From positions 8,370,001-8,434,000 of the forward strand of contig CM106586.1 in the NCBI GenBank assembly GCA_048013815.1: 64,000 nucleotides of DNA, in the 5' to 3' direction. Under the pieces are notes generated by a model. That model did no database searches. It was not told the origin of the DNA and was given only the letters and a program-made list of their open reading frames with translations. This DNA is from Setoptus koraiensis. Lineage: Eukaryota; Animalia; Arthropoda. Every line of letters starts with the position of its first letter. Positions within the stretch are counted from its first letter, which is position 1. Below are positions 57,601-64,000 of the stretch, piece by piece. A program made the translations under genes and the position numbers.

Positions 57601-59945
57601 AAGTGAAACCGTCACCGAATACATGAATGTATCAAATGTGAAAGGTTAAATAGTATCACTTGTGTGTGTAGTTGTTGTTGTCTTTCTCAACAATGAAGCT
57701 GGTGAGCATCCAAACGTGTACTTCCTAAAAAATTGATACTACTACATGAGTCATTGTCAAAGTAGTAATTTGTTTGTTGTTGGTGTCGTTTTTATTGTTG
57801 CTGTCTCAAATTATGTCTTGCCTTTCAAACATATTGAAGAGTTGAAGAAAGAGAGATAATCTTGGAGATGTTTTCGGTCACAACAAACAGGAAAGGGAAT
57901 ATAGAATTGGAATAGTCCTAGAGCAACAAGTGCATACGATTGATAGAACTACTTTGGGTGGTTATTATTAACAATGTTAATACATCAAGACTGGAAATAG
58001 TCTTGTTGTTTGTTGAAATTATAGCAGTAAGTGCAGCAGCAGTAACAGCCAAAAGTAACGGCAAACGAAAAGAATAATAACATTTCGAAACCATTTGTAG
58101 CGACCTTGATATTGGAACCAGCAACTAAACCACGTTCGTTCTTTAATTTCATTTCTAATCTTCTAATTATATCGCCCTCTACCGCTGCACTAGTTATTAG
58201 TCACCGCCGAATGGTTGTATATCTTGTATATTTAGTCAGACAAATGAATTTTTGTTGCCGCTGTTGTTGTTGCGGTTGATGCAAGCTAATTTGATCTACT
58301 AACTGACTGATAGGTGACTGCAATTGAGATCTCAACTGAGTTATGATTGGCTCGCTTCAGACCAACTGATAAGACAATGAGAAGAAAGAAAAAAATGAAT
58401 CAAATACTTACCACTTGGCCCTAAAACTGCCGTCAATTGACCGGATCTGATGGTTCCGTTGAGATTGGAAAATATCTCTATTGCATCTAATGGGGAACGT
58501 GTTGGCGGTGGAATTTTAAGATTTTCATCACTTGATTGTCGTGTTGCGTTTGAATTGTTGTTTTCGGGCGATGTTGAACTGGCTGAACTCGATGCAGATG
58601 ACACAATTTGTTGTTGTGGAAATAATCTATCAAACAAATTGAATTTTTTGTACCATTTAGGTTCAATTCTGTAGCTGAGATTTGACCAATTTATCTCAAA
58701 ATGATCACTAGATGAGCTTATGTCACTGTTGGAGAATTGGCCCAACGATCTTCGTCTAGCGTGACCATTTTGGTCATGGCCAGCACCGTCTGAAGTTGAT
58801 TCTTTGGTCAGGTGATCCTCGTTCAAGTTTATTCTGTACGAAGATGACGAAGAAGAAGCTGTCGAGTGATAAAAAGATTGAAGCTGATGTGGGCCCTTCT
58901 TGAAGGAGGCCGCCGACTCATTTGGCGTTGCATGCTCTTGGCGATTGTTGATATTTGCGGCGTCGATACTGGCCTCATTATGCCCGTTATTAACGTTATT
59001 GTCGTTGTTGTTTGCGTTGACGCTGTTCTTCTTTTTCTTTTGTTTTTTGTTCTGTTTTTTATCCTCAATAATCATGGCCTCCTGATGATGATGATGATCT
59101 ATAATTGACGATGACGTTATGGACGATGATGCAGTTTGTTGACCGGCGGTGCTACTGCTACCCAATTCAGTGCTCTCACTATTGTTATCCTCTTCTATCT
59201 CACTACTGCTATTGCTATTCAAAATATAATTTTCATTGTCACTAGCATAACCATGATTGACATGACCAATAATTTGTTGATGATGATCATTGCTGCTCTG
59301 ATAATCTTTACCGTTATGATTATTATTACGATTATTATTGTTGTTATTATTATTGTTATTGTTGTTGTGATTGTTGATGTTGTTGTGGTTGTTTTTGTTG
59401 CCAACAACAACCACCGATATTGCCTGCACCGACGATGTTCCGTCGTTGCCTGTGGTCACAATATCAAGCTTGTTACGCTGGTCGGCAAGCATGTTCTTGT
59501 TGTTGCCCAGCACTTCAATAGTTGTGATAGTTGCACCAGTTTGTTCTGTCTGGTGACCGGATGCATTATAGATCAAATTGTTGCTGTCATTGTTGCTTGT
59601 CAGAGGTATTCTCTGGCGATTTTTCATCATCACTTTAGTTGTTGGTGAGCTGTGACGCGCAAGCAAATTATCATTGGTCTCTTGACCATTGATCACCGTT
59701 GGCATCATACTGTTGTCGTCTCGAGACACTTGTTGCTGCTGCTGCAAATCTCGATCACTGATATAGTCACCATGGGGTACAAATTGGCCTCTTAAATGTG
59801 TTTGTTGTTGTTGTTGTCCACTGCTATTCAACTGGTCGAACGTTCCCCTTGAAAGATTGTTGCTAGAATGCTGGCGTTGTTGCTGTTGTTGCTGCTGGAG
59901 CTGTTCCTCGTCACTTATTGGCTTGTATGATCGTAACGAGATCAT
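54667..59945 (-). CDS. ABCG (white/ABCG1-like) half transporter; exons 59945-58412, 57216-57094, 57000-56900, 56796-54667
   Basis: Walker A GPSG|AGKTT joined across GT..AG; signature ISGGQHKRVSIA; Walker B ILVLDEPTSGLD; H-loop TIHQP; C-terminal ABC2 membrane domain (LKETRNGWYSM, DLP). All three introns are GT-AG and keep the frame. Confidence 0.92.
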
Positions 59946-60637
59946 TGCTTCGTTTGTTGTCAGCTGTAACACTGAATAACTGAACTTTATTTGTTGTTTT
60001 TCTTGTTGTGTTTTATGACTAATGATAATAATGACTAATGAAGTTTTGCTCACTTGCAATTGGTCGCGCTCTTGCTAATCAGTGTGCCGCTTTGGCTTCA
60101 CTTGGACAAACAAAGGATGCAAACGACTTTGCACAATTATTGATGTTGTCTATTTAGAGTCATGTCACTGGTACCTGTTGTGTGTTATCTTGATAATTTG
60201 TTGAATTGCCAATTTACAACTTTTTGTCTTTGCAATAAATTCTCTGACTATATCTTTTGGTGTTGGTTTGCTCGAGAGTTTGCTAACTCGTTTAGTGTTG
60301 CCATAGTTTAAGATGTGTGTGTGTCGTATGTTTATTGTTTATGCTTATGTGTGTATTATTATTGTTCTTATGTAACGTTATGTTGTTGTTGTTTAGATGA
60401 TTCCAAGCTCAAGTGGAATGAGCGGATGAAGTGCTGTTTGAGTCATTGAGAGAAAGGGGCAAACACAGAGAGCGAGAGATAAAAAAAACTTAAGACAGTT
60501 CTTTTTTCGTTGCCATAACTTTATTTAACTCTCTCTGCTGACAATTCGCTTCTCGCTTGCCAAATCTCTCATCATCTTTGACTTTCACTCTCACTTTCAC
60601 TTTCACTATCGTTCAACACTGACACTGACACTTGATC

Positions 60638-60638
<1 letters not shown>

Positions 60639-60667
<29 letters not shown>
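60639..60667. repeat. (GA)n microsatellite upstream of ABCG
   Basis: Direct reading. Confidence 0.9.
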
Positions 60668-60673
<6 letters not shown>

Positions 60674-61584
60674 TACGAAGCAGAAAGGAAAGTGTGAACT
60701 CCCTATCTGACTGTCTTGCCAAACACAAAGATTATGCTTTACAGATTTCGCTTTCACACAGGACAGGTATAATCTGAGCGCAGTGGAGTTATCTCTAAAA
60801 ACCTCATCACCTAACAGTGCCGATCATCGCTATCAATGCCGATAACACGGCCGGCCGCATTGATCGGGCAGGCAGGCTGGCTGGCGAGTATGAAATGAGG
60901 TCGCTGGTACCGCTATTGTGACTAATCATCTCTGGCCGACCACTAGCACTACCTGTAACCGTTAGCTCGGTTGACTCAGTTGGCTTGGTTAGCTAGCGGA
61001 GTCAATCGAGCCAACGGTTGTGTGAGTCACAGTGAGTTGAGGGCGGCGCTCATTGTTCGATCCTGTGCTGTTGTTGTTCTTTACCTGTCGTCGTAACAGA
61101 AAATTCTCAGAGTTCTTTAACACTCAAGGGGAAGGAAGTGAACCGGCTGTGGTGTTGTTGTTGTTGTTCGCCGTCATTATTGGATCAGTGCAGCCGTCTT
61201 GCCGGTTCACCGCTGAGCCGTGAGTGTGAGTAGGGCCAGCCGAGACAGAGCGAGAGAGCGATCATTAATACGAGTTGCCGGCACTGCGCTGCTGGCATCA
61301 ATGGAAACTTGTCGTCGTTGTTGCAAGCCCAAATTTAATATCAGCTTGCGGCCGTCCATCCGTTCGGGCTCGAATCGATCGCTGGCCGTGCCGCTCGTTC
61401 ACGTGCCCTTGCCCGGGCTTCGTTCGTTGCATTGACTTGCCGCTCGCTTAACAAGTCGATCGTCGATCGGGCAGATAATTTACATTTATTTGCAATATGG
61501 GCGAACGAGGCGCCCCCTAATCGACTGACTAGTTGCACACTGACCATAAACTGAGCACCGAATTCCGCTGCTCAGTTGGGCCAA

Positions 61585-61649
61585 TGGCATTGGTCAGTTT
61601 GTGACGGCGCTGGCATTGGTCAGTTTGTGACGGCGCTGGCGTTGGTCAG
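61585..61649. repeat. 26-bp tandem repeat, 2.5 units
   Basis: tggcattggtcagtttgtgacggcgc at 61585 and 61611, partial copy at 61637. Confidence 0.9.
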
Positions 61650-61904
61650 AGCGAGCGAGCGCTGGCCATCTCAAAAGAGTTGTAAGATGACGCACTTAGT
61701 GTGTTAGCTGTCCATTACGGTCGACAGAACTCGGTACGATCATTTGGGCTATCGTTCGGTCTATCATTTAGCCTATCATTTGGTCTATAAGGCGAGCGAG
61801 CGAGCCCGGCTGACTAAATTACAGCAACAACACACATATAATCGCTGTTGTAAATCATTTATCGACACTGTCGGCGGCAAGTGCTGCACGTCGGCTGGAT
61901 GTGC

Positions 61905-61975
61905 AGCCGAACATGCGGCCGAATATCCGACTGAATACGAATGTCCGGCTGAATACGCAGCCGAATACGCGGCCG
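61905..61975. repeat. Degenerate 12-bp repeat with a CCGAATA core
   Basis: gccgaacatgcg / gccgaatatccg / actgaatacgaa.. / gctgaatacgca / gccgaatacgcg. Confidence 0.7.
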
Positions 61976-63451
61976 GACAAGCGAACGGGCACTACCTGTA
62001 CCTCTCTGTTTTGTTGTGCGAATTGGCGATAATAAGCGACGGAATGTTGCGCAAAGTTGGCTTCGTTTTGTGCGTTCTCTGGCCGCTCGCGAGCGCCAAC
62101 AAACGACTTGGCTCTCTGGCCAATGTCGTGGCCACCGACACGATGGCTCGGAGGCCCGTCGCCGGCCGTCGTGTAACTGTTGCTGTTGCCGTTATGTAAC
62201 TGTTGCTGTTGCCGTCATAACGGCATAATCCCTCGAGCTAATGCTCGTTGGCTCGTCGCATGCACAGCTAGCTGTTTTTGTTGGAATCCGGCGAGAAGAA
62301 AAGGCTTAACGGCGGCCGTCACTGGCCGGCTATTTGCTGGTCTTGGTCAGTTGCTGGCCAGTTGCGCGCAAGCCCGAGAAACAAAGCAACGCACTAGCCA
62401 TGACCATCAAATCTGGCCACCACTTTCGCTTTCGCTCGCCTTCCTCTCGCTCGCTTTATTATTTCGCCTGACAATTGGCAACTAACAGCCAGCAGCCAGC
62501 AGCCCACGGCCGGCAACTGCGACCAACAACCACCACAACAGCTTGCAACAAATTGCCACAGCCAAGCCGGCGAGCGCGCAACAAAACGCCAAGCCAAACA
62601 ACCGCCGGCACAACAAGCGCCAACTGGACAGGTGAGTAGCGGCCATCCAACGCTTGACCGGCGCCAGCGTACCCGCCAGCGATCAGCTGTGACTGCAAGC
62701 CAGCGCAGCGACAGTTGATCGTATAGCATAATATTATATAACATAACATATATTATATAACGTAATATCATGATATAATATAATGAATCTCGATTGACCA
62801 TCGACACACACACTAATGCGAGCTGACCAGTGGCTTGCTTCTCGGGATCAGTGGAAACGGACACAGCTGACTGCCGACATTGGCGGCTACGGCCGGCCGT
62901 ACAGCCAGAACAGGTTTGGCCGGGCTCGGCGCTGGTCATCGTGGTCCGTTTCAAGTTTGGCTGCCGCTGACCAGTGACAGTTATGCGAACCACATGTGTG
63001 TGTATATGTGGATGGCCAATTATTGAGCGTGATACAAACAGTCGTCGTCCAGTTTTGCTTGCATGCCAAACAGGCAGCGGGCACATTACACACATGGATA
63101 CACCTTGGCATCGCTGGCTTGATAATTCCAATGACGCTTATGGACGAGCCTGTATTTTGCAATGCACACTGGCTTGGCGCGTATGTCAAGCTCGAGAAGG
63201 ACAATGTTATAAATGGCACTATCGCTGGCGGGCTAAAAATAAAGAGAACGGCTGACAAAAATTGCCAGCCACTTGTTGTTTGATGCTTATTGTCGCTTGT
63301 TATTATTACCATTACTATTATTGTTGTTATTATTGCCTATTGGGCAATAATAAATAATTTTTAGGCCTGGCCGGCGCTCACTTGCACTTGTTGGGCGCGC
63401 CTTGCGGTGTATAAATAAATGATTGCGCTCGCCAGACCAACAACGCCTTGC

Positions 63452-63545
63452 AACAACCACAGCAGCCACAGCAACCACAGCAACCGCAACAACGACAGCA
63501 ACGACAGCAGCCACAGCAACCGCAACAACCACAACAACGACAGCA
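63452..63545. repeat. Compound (CAA/CAG/CAC)n repeat
   Basis: Direct reading; explains the polyT/QQP pseudo-ORFs. Confidence 0.85.
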
Positions 63546-64000
63546 TCGACGGCAGCGAGTTTGTGTCATGTACTTGATGTCAATGATACTCGATGTGCAC
63601 AATCAATGTCGCAATGCCAAACGAAGCCAGCGACAAGTGACAGCGAGACAGACAGCCTGCCAAAGTCAATGGCAAACCGATGGCCACTTGTGGCTGCCAG
63701 TGGCTGCCAGCGGCTCAAAGTGGCTCAAAGTGGCTCAAAGTGGCGCCCCTGTGCAAGTTGCTAAAAAAAGGCTCGCTCGCCAAGGTGTCGCAAGTGTCAG
63801 TGTGGCACTGACAGCGGCACAACTCAGCTGAGTTGGTCGCGAGTTGCCGCAACAGAGTGGCTACAACAACCCGACAAACAATCATAAGTCACACATGTGG
63901 CCAGGTAATGCGCCATTGGGACAGTTATGGCGTGCATGATGTATGTGTCGATATATTGTCGTGTTGCCGGTGCCGTTATCATCATCACAGTCGCTTATTA

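Noticed and set aside
62996-63283. ORF with weak TNF-like wording (WLGAYVKLEKDNVI)
   Set aside because: GTG start, similarity limited to about 10 residues, the terminal FG.F.L strand is absent and there is no upstream exon evidence.

Overview
Eukaryotic (arthropod) nuclear DNA. The extreme intron poverty, tight gene packing and gene content suggest a compact acariform-mite-type genome; this is inference, and all family calls come from motif recognition because no database search was run. Genes in order: TM2D2-like (-), MESD/boca (+), intronless cytosolic IleRS (-), CLIC (+), a 3-exon GC-rich CYP4-clan P450 (+), two tandem orphan secreted proteins (+), VPS33B (+), a ZP-C-only protein (-), a choline transporter-like SLC44 (-), Ssu72 (+), LSG1 (-), CHMP6/Vps20 (-), Lst2/ZFYVE28 (+), an atypical Sidekick with the architecture C-type lectin-Ig-8xFN3-TM (-) and a 4-exon ABCG half transporter (-). 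Several kb of microsatellite-rich non-coding DNA lie upstream of the non-housekeeping genes. The most striking structure is a patchwork at ~39.5-43.3 kb. It consists of slightly decayed fragments of unrelated host genes in mixed orientation: MRPL3 5' part, PSME4/PA200 internal part, two Sidekick pieces, a 250-bp non-coding duplicate, an inverted 1-kb IleRS piece and an MLF-like 5' part. These surround an intact-looking CHMP6, and the junctions that can be resolved show 2-3 bp microhomologies and apparently templated insertions. A second, smaller capture (a VPS33B exon fragment) sits upstream of one of the orphan secreted genes. No autonomous transposon, rRNA, tRNA or CRISPR array was recognised.
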